A stretch of 64,000 nt of DNA, taken from NCBI GenBank assembly GCA_025059745.1, contig JANXDH010000004.1, positions 396,618 through 460,617 of the forward strand, in the 5' to 3' direction. The first letter of the stretch is position 1. Each line of letters starts with the position of its first letter. The notes under the pieces are model-generated. The model searched no databases. It worked only from the letters and a program-made list of their open reading frames with translations, and was not told the DNA's origin. The translations under genes were made by a program, and so were the position numbers. Of the stretch, positions 45,627-55,080 are shown piece after piece. This DNA comes from Aigarchaeota archaeon. Its GTDB lineage: Archaea; Thermoproteota; Nitrososphaeria_A; Caldarchaeales; Calditenuaceae.

Positions 45627-46363
45627 CAGTACCTCCCCGAACCTCCCTGATGAGACGACCTGACCCTCTTGGTCAGCGCGGCTATCTGCACGCTGTACAG
45701 CACCTCGATCCCCTTCCTAGCCATCTCTATTCCCAACCGCATCTCCTCCCTCGTCATCCTCCCGTTCAACTGCAAGAGGACTATAGAGTTCTGCCTAGGA
45801 GCTATCGCTATGGGCATATCGGCCTCACCGTGCTTGTCCTCCTCCTCACTTGGGTCCAAGACTATCCTCCCCCCCACCTTCCCAACCGCGACCCCACAGC
45901 AGAGATCGTTCATCTGTATGCCCGCGTCTGCGAGTGCCAGTGAGGCTGCAGTAAGTCCGGCTGTCCTAGTGCCAGCGTCTGCTTGAACCACCTCTATGTA
46001 GACGTCTATCGCTGACCTCGGGTACTCGTTCAGAAAGACCAACGACTCAAGGGACTCCTTGATGACCTTGGACAGCTCTATCTCGCGCCTAGTCATCCCA
46101 GGGTGTTTCCTCTCCTCAACGCTGAAGGTAGCCATGTGGTATCTGCAATTCAGTATAGCTCGATGTGGCTGTGATAGGTGGCGCGGGTGTGCCTCCTTAG
46201 GACCGAAGACGGCAGCAAATATCTTTGTCTTCCCCATCTCTATGTACGCGGAGCCATCGCTCTTATCGAGGACGCCGACCTCCATCTTTACAGGCCTCAG
46301 TTCATCGACCCTGCGCCCATCTATCCTTAGCCCGTCCTCCCTGAAGAGCCTCAGCTCATTCAT
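45626..46363 (-). CDS. rrp41: exosome complex exonuclease Rrp41
   Basis: RNase PH domain; [50 protein letters not shown]; the ORF extends to 46393, and the Met at 46363 is preferred. Confidence 0.9.
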   Translation of the reverse strand: MNELRLFREDGLRIDGRRVDELRPVKMEVGVLDKSDGSAYIEMGKTKIFAAVFGPKEAHPRHLSQPHRAILNCRYHMATFSVEERKHPGMTRREIELSKVIKESLESLVFLNEYPRSAIDVYIEVVQADAGTRTAGLTAASLALADAGIQMNDLCCGVAVGKVGGRIVLDPSEEEDKHGEADMPIAIAPRQNSIVLLQLNGRMTREEMRLGIEMARKGIEVLYSVQIAALTKRVRSSHQGGSGRY

Positions 46364-47051
46364 CTCCGCCCCCCTCATCACCCTCGACCTCAACGATCAG
46401 GGACCTCCTGAGTTGCGCGACCACCCTATCGACCAAATCGGGTGATGTGAAGTCCTCCTCCATCGACCGTATAGCTGAGAGGACCGCCAGCTCTGAGTCA
46501 ACCGAAGGCCCCGATATCACGAGAACCCCGTTCATACCGACGTTGACGTTACATCCCGCCTCGCTCCTGATCACGTTGAGCAAGCCGTGCCTTTTATCGA
46601 GAAGTCCCGCAACGACCACTGGGTTCACCCGTACCAAGAGGCCCTTCTCTATCTTGCGAAGGGACGCGTCGTACTCGAGTATCACGCCCCTCAACCCGCT
46701 GTACTTGACTCTCGCGTATATTACGTCACCTATCGATAACCTCTCGGTACGCCTCCGTTGTGAGGACGGTCTGAGTGTGGCCACGATGTGTTCACCAAGG
46801 TCCACCTCGATGACGTTGGGCTTGACGTCCTTAACAACGCCTATGACGTAATCGCCCTTCGAGGGCTTGTAGACGCCCTTCACAGCGATCACCTCAAACT
46901 TGTTATTTCTCTCCACGACCACCCCGAAGACGGAGGCCCTCACCCTCCCCGAGAGGAGGTAGGTGTTCCTGCCGCCCCTCTTCACCTCATCCGAGATCTC
47001 GTCACCGGGTACCACTAAATCTCCCGCTCGGACGAAGTCCGTCAACCTCAC
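46356..47051 (-). CDS. rrp4: exosome RNA-binding subunit Rrp4 (S1 + KH)
   Basis: 231 aa; VVPGDEI N-domain, S1 domain [13 protein letters not shown]-like [13 protein letters not shown]. Confidence 0.85.
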   Translation of the reverse strand: MRLTDFVRAGDLVVPGDEISDEVKRGGRNTYLLSGRVRASVFGVVVERNNKFEVIAVKGVYKPSKGDYVIGVVKDVKPNVIEVDLGEHIVATLRPSSQRRRTERLSIGDVIYARVKYSGLRGVILEYDASLRKIEKGLLVRVNPVVVAGLLDKRHGLLNVIRSEAGCNVNVGMNGVLVISGPSVDSELAVLSAIRSMEEDFTSPDLVDRVVAQLRRSLIVEVEGDEGGGDE

Positions 47052-47749
47052 ACCCCCTTGGGTCTTACCTCACCCTGACCCTTGGTTATGCTGGCTATCC
47101 TGTCTATCAACTCGTTTAGTAACCCCGCGGGGGCCTCCAACTCACAGGACCAGCTACCGTCCCCGTGCCACGACTCTTTCACCAGTTTTCCGACGCTCTT
47201 AACGTAAGATTGGACCCTGCTGTACGATTCGCCAGGTACCTTGATGTAGAAGAGCGTGATCTCGACTTTCATCGGTAAGATCTTCTTTAACCTCTCCATT
47301 ACCCGCGGTGCCTGAAGCCTAGCGTCTGTGAACGGATCGATGGAGACTCCCGCCTCCTCCATCGCCAGTTCAATCCTCTGGGGTGGTATGGGCATCTTCG
47401 TCGAGGGATCGATGACGTTTCTCGATATGAAGTCAATTATCTGCCTCTTCTTCTCCTCGATCAGCTCTCTCCTTTGCTCGGCGGTCACCTGCAACTCGCC
47501 CTCCCTCACGATCTTGGTTACGATATCGTTGATGTTCGAGGTCCCGAAGAACTTCTTCAGGTCGTCCTCCCTCGCCTTTATCCCCTTCTTGGAGTCCTTG
47601 AAGACCTGATCGTAGACCAGTACCTTCGATAAGCTAACGGATCCACCTAACCTGTACTTCAGTGCCGCATCAGGGTCAACCAATATCTCAAAGGTCTGTC
47701 CCCCTTTGACTATGCGGGCGATAGTGTAGTTCTTTGGCAACCTAACCAC
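47048..47749 (-). CDS. sdo1: SBDS/Sdo1 family ribosome maturation protein
   Basis: 233 aa; ARIVKGGQTFEILVDPDAALKYRLG; conserved position between psmA and rrp4. Confidence 0.85.
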   Translation of the reverse strand: MVRLPKNYTIARIVKGGQTFEILVDPDAALKYRLGGSVSLSKVLVYDQVFKDSKKGIKAREDDLKKFFGTSNINDIVTKIVREGELQVTAEQRRELIEEKKRQIIDFISRNVIDPSTKMPIPPQRIELAMEEAGVSIDPFTDARLQAPRVMERLKKILPMKVEITLFYIKVPGESYSRVQSYVKSVGKLVKESWHGDGSWSCELEAPAGLLNELIDRIASITKGQGEVRPKGV

Positions 47750-47793
47750 TAACTCATTAGGGAGTAATTTATATGTTTACGATATCTGCTACC

Positions 47794-48525
47794 TCACTTC
47801 TTCGCCGAGAGGAGTGGTCTCAATATCGAGTTCACTTCCTCCTGACTGACTGTCATGAACTGACGCGTATCGACCGGTATGACGACTAACCGCGCCGACC
47901 AGTTCTCCTCAACCCTGTCTATCGAGTAGACCAGCGACTTCAGTGCTAAAGTCTTGGCCTCTTCTAACGTCAGATCGAACTTGTAGTTCATCTCGAAGAA
48001 CTCCTTTATCTTGTCGCTCCCGCGTCCGATGCCCCAAGCGTCGTACTCTATCATGACCCCGCTGGGCTCAGTATAGAATACCCTCCCTCCATCACCACTG
48101 ACACCCCCGATCAATAAGGCCGCGCCAAACGGTCTAACGCCGGCGTGCTGCGTGTAGAGCTGCATAACGTCCGCAATGCGCTTCGCGATCATCTCGACCG
48201 ATGGCGACTCATCGTACGAGAGCCTCAGTATTTGCGCGTACACTCTCGCGCTGTCCACTAGGATCCTTGCATCTGATATCAGACCAGAGGCAGCTGCACC
48301 GATGTGCTCATCGATCTGGAAGAGCTTCTGTGAGTAATGTTGGGACTGAAGCTTGCTCTGCGTCCTCTCCTCAACAGCCATTACCACTCCCTCTTTGACC
48401 CGCAGAGCAAGCGCACTGGATCCCGACTTGACGGTCTCTAACGCGTACTCTACCTGGAACAACCTGCCCTGGGGCGAGAATACGGTTATAGCCCTGTCAT
48501 AGGCACTGGCCATACCTAATGCCAA
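47794..48525 (-). CDS. psmA: proteasome subunit alpha
   Basis: 243 aa; YDRAITVFSPQGRLFQVEYALE; the start may be the Met at 48513. Confidence 0.95.
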   Translation of the reverse strand: MALGMASAYDRAITVFSPQGRLFQVEYALETVKSGSSALALRVKEGVVMAVEERTQSKLQSQHYSQKLFQIDEHIGAAASGLISDARILVDSARVYAQILRLSYDESPSVEMIAKRIADVMQLYTQHAGVRPFGAALLIGGVSGDGGRVFYTEPSGVMIEYDAWGIGRGSDKIKEFFEMNYKFDLTLEEAKTLALKSLVYSIDRVEENWSARLVVIPVDTRQFMTVSQEEVNSILRPLLSAKK

Positions 48526-48645
48526 CCTTCTTCACCTATGACTACACTCTATAAGATGTAGCTTAAATATCCTCCGTTCACGCGTACGAGGCGCGTGAGG
48601 TCTCCATAAATAGATTTAACAATGAGAGGTCCATGTCTCAAAGTA

Positions 48646-49836
48646 ATGAACGACCTACCGTTAGACGGTGTCACGGTAATCGATCTGACGCGCGCTATGG
48701 CGGGCCCATTCTGCACCATGATGTTGGGCGATATGGGGGCCGACGTGATAAAGGTGGAGCCCCTCGAGGGAGACGAATCGAGGTCCTGGAAACCTCCATC
48801 GGTAAACGGAGTAAGCACATACTTCCTGAGCGTCAACAGGAACAAGAGGAGCATCGCCATCAATTTGAAGGACCCCGAGGGTGTGAGGCTACTTCACAGA
48901 CTAATTGAGGGCGCGGACGTTTTAGTGGAGAACTTCAGGCCCTCGGTCACTTCAAGGCTAGGGGCCGATTATGAGACCGTGAGACGCATCAACCCAAGGA
49001 TAATTTACTGCAGCATATCCGGGTTCGGTCAGTGGGGACCATACTCGTCTAAACCGGGGTACGACCTTATAGCGCTGGCTATGAGCGGTCACATGAGCTT
49101 AACCGGGGAGAGAACGGGTCCGCCCGTAAAGTTCTCTGTCCCAATAGCCGATATAACGACCGGGATGTACGCCGCCTTCTCAATCGTCACCGCACTCCTG
49201 CTCCGCGGGCGGAGGGACGAACCCATCCATCTAGACGTCTCGTTGCTCGATGTGCAGGTGAGCCTGTTGACTCATCAGGCGACCGAGTACCTGGCGACCT
49301 CCAGAGATCCGGTGAGAATGGGGTCCGCGCACCCCTCGATAGCACCGTATCAAGCTGTGAAGTTGATGGACGGCTACGTCGTGATAGGTGTGGCGAACGA
49401 TAGGTTCTGGAAGAAGTTCTGTGAGACCATAGGTGCGGAACACCTCTCGAGCGATCCTCGGTTCTCGACGAACGAGCTCAGGGTAAAGAACCGCGATGAG
49501 CTGATAAGGGAGGTTGAGACCCTCCTGAGATCGAAGAGCACCATAGAGCTCGTCGAGGAACTGGACTCAGTCGGAATACCAGTGGCACCAGTTAAGAAAG
49601 TGAGCGAGGTCCTATCTGATGAACACGTACTCGCTAGAGGGATGCTCGAAAGTGTCTACCACAACTCGTTAGGTACGTTGACCCTCCTATCGCACCCGGT
49701 TCTCTACAATAACATTAGGCCGAGGATACGACTCCCCCCGCCGCTATTAGGTGAGCAGACCGATGAGATACTCCGGGGGTTGGGCTACTCGGAGGAAGAT
49801 ATAATCAAACTCAGGGACAAAGGAGTGGTACGCTAG
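48646..49836 (+). CDS. family III CoA-transferase (CaiB/BaiF)
   Basis: LDGVTVIDLTRAMAGPFCTMMLGDMGADVIKVEP, DLIALAMSG; the ORF opens at 48622, but the ATAAATAG box at 48604-48612 favours the ATG at 48646. Confidence 0.85.
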   Translation: MNDLPLDGVTVIDLTRAMAGPFCTMMLGDMGADVIKVEPLEGDESRSWKPPSVNGVSTYFLSVNRNKRSIAINLKDPEGVRLLHRLIEGADVLVENFRPSVTSRLGADYETVRRINPRIIYCSISGFGQWGPYSSKPGYDLIALAMSGHMSLTGERTGPPVKFSVPIADITTGMYAAFSIVTALLLRGRRDEPIHLDVSLLDVQVSLLTHQATEYLATSRDPVRMGSAHPSIAPYQAVKLMDGYVVIGVANDRFWKKFCETIGAEHLSSDPRFSTNELRVKNRDELIREVETLLRSKSTIELVEELDSVGIPVAPVKKVSEVLSDEHVLARGMLESVYHNSLGTLTLLSHPVLYNNIRPRIRLPPPLLGEQTDEILRGLGYSEEDIIKLRDKGVVR

Positions 49837-50078
49837 ATCGATCTGGAGCTCTTGATCTTTAATCTAACAACCTCCTCCTCGGTCAATTCTTGTATCAAGT
49901 TTCCCTTTTGGTCGTATAGGAAATACTTTCCCTCCGCCTCTCTAGCGAACTCTCTATGTCTCCCGCTACAGATCGGATACGTTTCGCTGAAACCGCACAT
50001 GCATATCCACACCTCCTCTCCCTTCTCGGTCACATGCCTGTAGGGCCTCTTAGATGAGTGCAGTACAACCCTAGGCAT
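49833..50078 (-). CDS. small CDGSH-type iron-sulfur domain protein (variant CSGRH)
   Basis: 81 aa from the Met at 50078; CMCGFSETYPICSGRH fits CxCxxSxxxPxC(D/S)GxH. Confidence 0.65.
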   Translation of the reverse strand: MPRVVLHSSKRPYRHVTEKGEEVWICMCGFSETYPICSGRHREFAREAEGKYFLYDQKGNLIQELTEEEVVRLKIKSSRSI

Positions 50079-50175
50079 TATCGATTCACCCCTCACATCG
50101 AATTATAAGTCTGCGACTAATACTCATACATGAGTAACGGACTCAAGATAAAAGACTATATCATCGTGCAACCTA

Positions 50176-51201
50176 ATGAAGAGTGTAGTGATTTACGGGA
50201 AAGCCGAGCGACCTCTGGTCGACTCTTTTGGACGCGTGGCAAAGAAGTTACGTATCTCTGTCACGGATAGGTGTAACTTCAGATGTAACTTCTGCATGCC
50301 CTCTAAACCGACGTGGTTACCCAGAGGAGATCTGCTTACCTTTGAGGAGTTGACGCGGATCGCCAAGCTCCTCTCCTCAATGGGCGTCGAGAACGTCAGG
50401 TTGACGGGCGGAGAGCCCCTCATGCGCAGAGACCTCGAGGTGCTGGTGAGAATGCTCGCGGGCTTGCCGGGGATCAGGAAACTCTCCATGACCACGAACG
50501 GTTACTTCTTGGCAGAGAGAGCGCCCTCACTGAGGAGAGCAGGACTCCAGAGCGTGACGGTTAGCCTTCACAGTCTCAAGCCAGAGAAGTACGAGGGTTT
50601 GATAGGGGTCCGCGGTACTTTCGACCGTGTCATGAACGGGATAAGGGAGGCCATGAGGGCGGGTTTCGATCCGATAAAGATAAACGTGGTCATCACGAGG
50701 GGGTGTAACGACGATGAGGTACTCGACTTCGTGGAGCTGGCTAGGCGCACCGGCTCTTACATCAGGTTCATCGAGTACATGCCCTTCGATGGGAACAAGC
50801 CTTGGGACAGAAGGTTATTAGTGAGCGGGAAGGAGATAATAGAGATCATCGGTAAAAGGTACACCCTCATCGAGCTACCGCGAGAGGCCGGGTCCACCGC
50901 GAAGAACTTCGCCTTCACCGACGGGGTAAAGGGCGGGGTCGGGATCATAACCTCGATGACGGAACCGTTCTGTAGCGACTGTGACAGGATAAGGCTGACT
51001 GCCGATGGGAAGATAGTGCCCTGCCTCTTTAGCAAGGACGAGTACGACCTTAGACCGCTACTGAGAAGTGGATGCTCAGATGAAGAAGTAGAGGCGTTCA
51101 TCAGGGCGGCCTTCATGCGGAAGTTCAGGGGAGTCGAGACGTTGATCAAAGGTGTCAAGCCCATAAACCACATAAAACCAATGTACAAGATCGGCGGTTA
51201 A
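50176..51201 (+). CDS. moaA: GTP 3',8-cyclase MoaA (radical SAM)
   Basis: 341 aa; CNFRCNFCMP radical-SAM motif, C-terminal CSDCDRIRLTADGKIVPCL second cluster. Confidence 0.9.
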   Translation: MKSVVIYGKAERPLVDSFGRVAKKLRISVTDRCNFRCNFCMPSKPTWLPRGDLLTFEELTRIAKLLSSMGVENVRLTGGEPLMRRDLEVLVRMLAGLPGIRKLSMTTNGYFLAERAPSLRRAGLQSVTVSLHSLKPEKYEGLIGVRGTFDRVMNGIREAMRAGFDPIKINVVITRGCNDDEVLDFVELARRTGSYIRFIEYMPFDGNKPWDRRLLVSGKEIIEIIGKRYTLIELPREAGSTAKNFAFTDGVKGGVGIITSMTEPFCSDCDRIRLTADGKIVPCLFSKDEYDLRPLLRSGCSDEEVEAFIRAAFMRKFRGVETLIKGVKPINHIKPMYKIGG

Positions 51202-51217
51202 CGGAGAGAGCGCGTAT

Positions 51218-51625
51218 CTACGACTGGACGCCTTGAACCGATCTGACCTCCAGATGGACGCTCTCCAACGCATCCCTCAGTGCCCTTTCCAGGTCCTCCA
51301 GTTGCCTCATCTGGATATCGGGCGACTTGGACTTCACCCTCTCGTTTATCACCTCGACCATTTTGAGGGTAGACTCGGCTACGTGCCGGAGGAACTCTCT
51401 GTCCTCTGAGCCGATCTGAGTGTAGACATACTCGTGTCCAGGACTGAACGCCTTGCCCCATTTCTCGATCAGCTGAGCCTCTCTCTCCACAGACCGCACC
51501 AAGTCGACGCTCACATTGTGTCCCGCAAGGAAGTTCTCTTTTATTCCTATCAGCATAGTCTTGTAGGCCGAGATGCCTATGAGTAAAGCTTTGACCAGAG
51601 TGGCCCCCATTATGTACTTTCTCAT
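51218..51625 (-). CDS. hypothetical protein with N-terminal hydrophobic segment
   Basis: 135-aa ORF; GATLVKALLIGISAY hydrophobic start, then a helical charged region; no motif recognised. Confidence 0.45.
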   Translation of the reverse strand: MRKYIMGATLVKALLIGISAYKTMLIGIKENFLAGHNVSVDLVRSVEREAQLIEKWGKAFSPGHEYVYTQIGSEDREFLRHVAESTLKMVEVINERVKSKSPDIQMRQLEDLERALRDALESVHLEVRSVQGVQS

Positions 51626-51722
51626 GTATCGTGTACTCTTTTACCTACCTATTAAAATCGATTATGCCACATTGTTCGACTGAATTCGGATCGAAAGCGC
51701 CCTTTAGAACGTGAGGAACGAT

Positions 51723-51733
51723 AAAAAATATAT
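51723..51733 (+). promoter_or_regulatory. putative TATA box for acs
   Basis: AAAAAATATAT centred about 29 nt upstream of the GTG at 51757; a GGAGG at 51742-51746 is an alternative SD if the transcript starts further upstream. Confidence 0.35.
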
Positions 51734-51756
51734 CCAAGTAAGGAGGGCTCTTATCC

Positions 51757-53775
51757 GTGGTAGGCCCCGAGGTTCTTGGGGAACAACTACCGTTCGAGGA
51801 ACGTATAACACTAGATAACTGGGCTCACAGGAACATCTCCATCGACGCCTACAAAGAGATACATCGGCTCTCATTAAAGGACAACGAAAGGTTCTGGTTA
51901 TCAATAGCCAGAGAACTCGACTGGTTTACCCCTCCAACCAAGATCCTAGAGGGAGGGGACCACCCCCACGTGTACAAGTGGTTCGCGGATGGTCTCTTGA
52001 ACCTCTCCTATCTCTGTGTCGATAGACACGTGAGGACTTGGAGGAGGAACAAGGTGGCGATGTACTGGGAGGGAGAACCTGTTGATCAGAAAAACAGGCC
52101 TCTTGAGACGAGAACGATCACTTACGGTGACCTACATTCAAACGTCAACAGAATAGCCTACGCGATGAAACACGAGCTCAACCTCAAGAAGGGAGACAGG
52201 ATCGCAGTCTACATGCCCATGGTGCCAGAGCTACCGATGACCCTGTTGGCGGCAGCCAGAATAGGAGTCACTTTCACGGTGATCTTCAGTGGGTTCAGTC
52301 CTGAGGCTCTGGCCTCGAGGATCTCAGATATGAGGGCGAAAGTAGTCTTTACCGCAGACGGTGGATACAGACGCGGCAGGGTCGTAGACCTCATCGGGAA
52401 CATCAAGAGGTCCGTACATATATACGACGATTGGGATGGCGTTGTGGTCCTCGAGAGGCTCAGGGACAATCAGAATAGTGACTATGGGATAGAGGGATCT
52501 GTTACATTCCGAGAGCTATTAGACAAGGTTCCCGTGAACGCGTACGTTGAACCTGAACGTCTGGAGAGCACGTGGCCGTTGTACGTTCTGTATACCTCAG
52601 GCACCACCGGTAAGCCGAAGGGGATCATACATGACAACGGTGGGTATGCCGTTATAGTTCACGCGAACATGAAGTGGCTCTTCGATCTGCGGGACGATGA
52701 CGTCTACTGGTGTACTGGAGACATAGGATGGGCGACCGGTCACTCCTACGTTCTGTTCGGCCCGCCCATGATGGGTGCAACGATGGTAATGTACGAGGGA
52801 GCGCTGGATCATCCCTCCCCAGAGAGGTGGTGGGAGATCATCGAGAGGTACAGGGTCTCGGTCTTCTTCACGGCACCGACGGCCGTCAGGACCCTCATGA
52901 AGTACGGCGACGAACCCGTTAAGCGTCACGACCTTTCAAGTCTGAGGATAATGCACACCATCGGTGAACCGATCAACCCCTCTGCCTGGAGGTGGTTCTT
53001 TAACGTCGTTGGAGGGTCCAGGTGTCCCGTGGGTTCGGTCTGGGGCATGACGGAGACCGGAGGCATACTTATCTGTCACACCCCGGGAAGTTACCTGATT
53101 CCGATGAAGCCCGGTACCAACGGGCTACCTATGCTGGGAATAGACGCAGACGTGGTCGACGAGAACGGAAACAGCGTACCACCGGGTATGAAGGGATACT
53201 TGGTCATAAAAAGGCCCTTCCCAGGAATGCCCGGTCCGCCGACTGGCATGCTCAACGACCCTGAGAACTACTTCTCGATCTACTTCAAGAGGTTCGGTGT
53301 CTTCTACACCGGCGACTACGCTGTCAAGGACGCTGACGGATACATATGGGTCCTCGGTAGGGCGGACGAGGTGTTGAAGGTCGCGGGACACCGGTTAGGA
53401 ACGTACGAGCTGGAGTCGTGCTTGGTCTCACATCCAGCGGTTGCCGAGGCATCGGTAGTGGGAGTGCCTGATGAACTGAAGGGCGAGGTACCAGCGGTCT
53501 TCGTAGTCCTGAAGGAAGGCTATCAGAAGAGTAGAGAACTGAAGTCCGAGCTGAAGAGCTGGATCGGTGATAATTTCGGAAGAATCGCTGAACCGAAGTA
53601 CGTCTTTCTGGTCTCTAAGCTACCGAAGACCAGAAGCGGGAAGATTATGAGGAGGTTGATAAAGGCCGTGTTGCTGAGGAGGGAACTCGGCGACGTCAGC
53701 ACGTTAGAGGACGAGGCTGCGGTCGAGGAGATCAGGGAGGCGTACTCCTCGCTGATCGAGGAGATAGAGAGATGA
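51757..53775 (+). CDS. acs: acetyl-CoA synthetase (AMP-forming)
   Basis: 672 aa; YTSGTTGKPKG, YWCTGDIGWATGHSY, LPKTRSGKIMRR. Confidence 0.9.
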   Translation: MVGPEVLGEQLPFEERITLDNWAHRNISIDAYKEIHRLSLKDNERFWLSIARELDWFTPPTKILEGGDHPHVYKWFADGLLNLSYLCVDRHVRTWRRNKVAMYWEGEPVDQKNRPLETRTITYGDLHSNVNRIAYAMKHELNLKKGDRIAVYMPMVPELPMTLLAAARIGVTFTVIFSGFSPEALASRISDMRAKVVFTADGGYRRGRVVDLIGNIKRSVHIYDDWDGVVVLERLRDNQNSDYGIEGSVTFRELLDKVPVNAYVEPERLESTWPLYVLYTSGTTGKPKGIIHDNGGYAVIVHANMKWLFDLRDDDVYWCTGDIGWATGHSYVLFGPPMMGATMVMYEGALDHPSPERWWEIIERYRVSVFFTAPTAVRTLMKYGDEPVKRHDLSSLRIMHTIGEPINPSAWRWFFNVVGGSRCPVGSVWGMTETGGILICHTPGSYLIPMKPGTNGLPMLGIDADVVDENGNSVPPGMKGYLVIKRPFPGMPGPPTGMLNDPENYFSIYFKRFGVFYTGDYAVKDADGYIWVLGRADEVLKVAGHRLGTYELESCLVSHPAVAEASVVGVPDELKGEVPAVFVVLKEGYQKSRELKSELKSWIGDNFGRIAEPKYVFLVSKLPKTRSGKIMRRLIKAVLLRRELGDVSTLEDEAAVEEIREAYSSLIEEIER

Positions 53776-53777
53776 GC

Positions 53778-54188
53778 TCAATCCCGAGACTCCTCGAGCA
53801 TTTTCAACGCTAGGTTAACCAGCTTATCGGCGACTCTGTTCTCCTCCCTGGGCACGTGTACGTAGCTCACCGATTTGAAGTTGCGCTCCAAGCTCTTTGC
53901 CCTCATGTGTGAGTTGACCAATTCCGGGGCCTCTACTTTGTACTCGCCCCTCATCTGCTTTATCACTAAGTTACTATCCGACCTCACCTCAACCTCCTCG
54001 CATCCCAGTTCAGAGGCCTTGGAGAGCGCAGCGAGCAACGCCTCGTACTCGGCCTGGTTGTTCGTTGCACGCCCCACGGTCTGAGAGTAGGTGATCACAG
54101 ACCCCCTCGAGATCACGACATATGCGATAGCGGCAGGTCCAGGGTTCCCTCGTGAGGCACCGTCTATCCATATCTTACAACGTGCCAC
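53778..54188 (-). CDS. rnhA: ribonuclease HI (type 1 RNase H)
   Basis: 136 aa; IDGASRGNPGPAA, NNQAEYEALLAAL, SDSNLVIKQM. Confidence 0.8.
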   Translation of the reverse strand: MARCKIWIDGASRGNPGPAAIAYVVISRGSVITYSQTVGRATNNQAEYEALLAALSKASELGCEEVEVRSDSNLVIKQMRGEYKVEAPELVNSHMRAKSLERNFKSVSYVHVPREENRVADKLVNLALKMLEESRD

Positions 54189-54243
54189 GTGTCCTTGATT
54201 GTAGGTAATGGTTAATATAGATGGTCTCTGACCATTACACGGA

Positions 54244-54432
54244 ATGCCAAGAGCGATCGACGTCCTCTCGGTCGTAGCTTACTTCGCCCTCCTCCTCTTT
54301 GTCGTGCTGATAATAGTCGCGCTCGCGAGTTACATGGTAGAGGTCGGCAAAGTGATCCGTAGCGTGTTACCGGCGCTCATATACCCGCTCTCAGATCTCA
54401 GCCCGAGTACTCGACCCAGAACGTCCTCCTGA
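54244..54432 (+). CDS. possible small single-TM protein
   Basis: 62-aa ORF with the hydrophobic helix VVAYFALLLFVVLIIVALASY; its 3' end overlaps the convergent rhomboid gene by 35 nt; weak support. Confidence 0.3.
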   Translation: MPRAIDVLSVVAYFALLLFVVLIIVALASYMVEVGKVIRSVLPALIYPLSDLSPSTRPRTSS

Positions 54433-55045
54433 TCGACCTCCTGTACTGCATCGTCAATAGGAACCCAGCCAAGAAGCCACCGATGTGAGCGGTGTAGGCG
54501 ACGGGACTAAAGGGCATGCTCAACGCCAGAATGGTCTGCACGATCATTATTATGAGTATCACCACATATGCCCTCGCGAAGATCGGAATGAACATGAAGA
54601 AGACAGCTAACGGTCTGTTAGGGAAGAGGACCGCGAAGGACGCCATCAGCCCGAATATCGCGCCCGACGCACCGACTGCAGGTATGAACCTGCTCTCAGG
54701 GAGGGGTGATAGGTAGTAGCTGTAGTATACGTACGACAGGCCGCCCACTATCCCGCTGATGAAGTAGAGTATCAGGAACCTCCTTATACCGAGCGTCACC
54801 TCAACCTCTCTCCCGAATATTAAGAGGGCCAACATATTGAAGAATATGTGAAAGAAGTCCGCGTGGACGAACATGGAGGTGAAGAGCATTAAGTATTGAC
54901 CGTACTCGATCACCCCAGCAGGCACAAGCCCGAGCAACGAGATCACTATCCTGCTACCCACCACGAGCCCTATGATAAAGACCGCGACGTTGATCGCTAA
55001 CAGCCCTAGAGTAACGCGGCTAGAACCGTACCCCTCCGGAATCAT
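54398..55045 (-). CDS. rhomboid family intramembrane serine protease
   Basis: HADFFHIFFNM, catalytic GASGAIFG and AHIGGF; the ORF extends to 55120, but that would overlap truD, so the Met at 55045 is preferred. Confidence 0.85.
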   Translation of the reverse strand: MIPEGYGSSRVTLGLLAINVAVFIIGLVVGSRIVISLLGLVPAGVIEYGQYLMLFTSMFVHADFFHIFFNMLALLIFGREVEVTLGIRRFLILYFISGIVGGLSYVYYSYYLSPLPESRFIPAVGASGAIFGLMASFAVLFPNRPLAVFFMFIPIFARAYVVILIIMIVQTILALSMPFSPVAYTAHIGGFLAGFLLTMQYRRSIRRTFWVEYSG

Positions 55046-55080
55046 CTCCTCATTAACCTCCAGTAGCTTCGATTTAAGGG

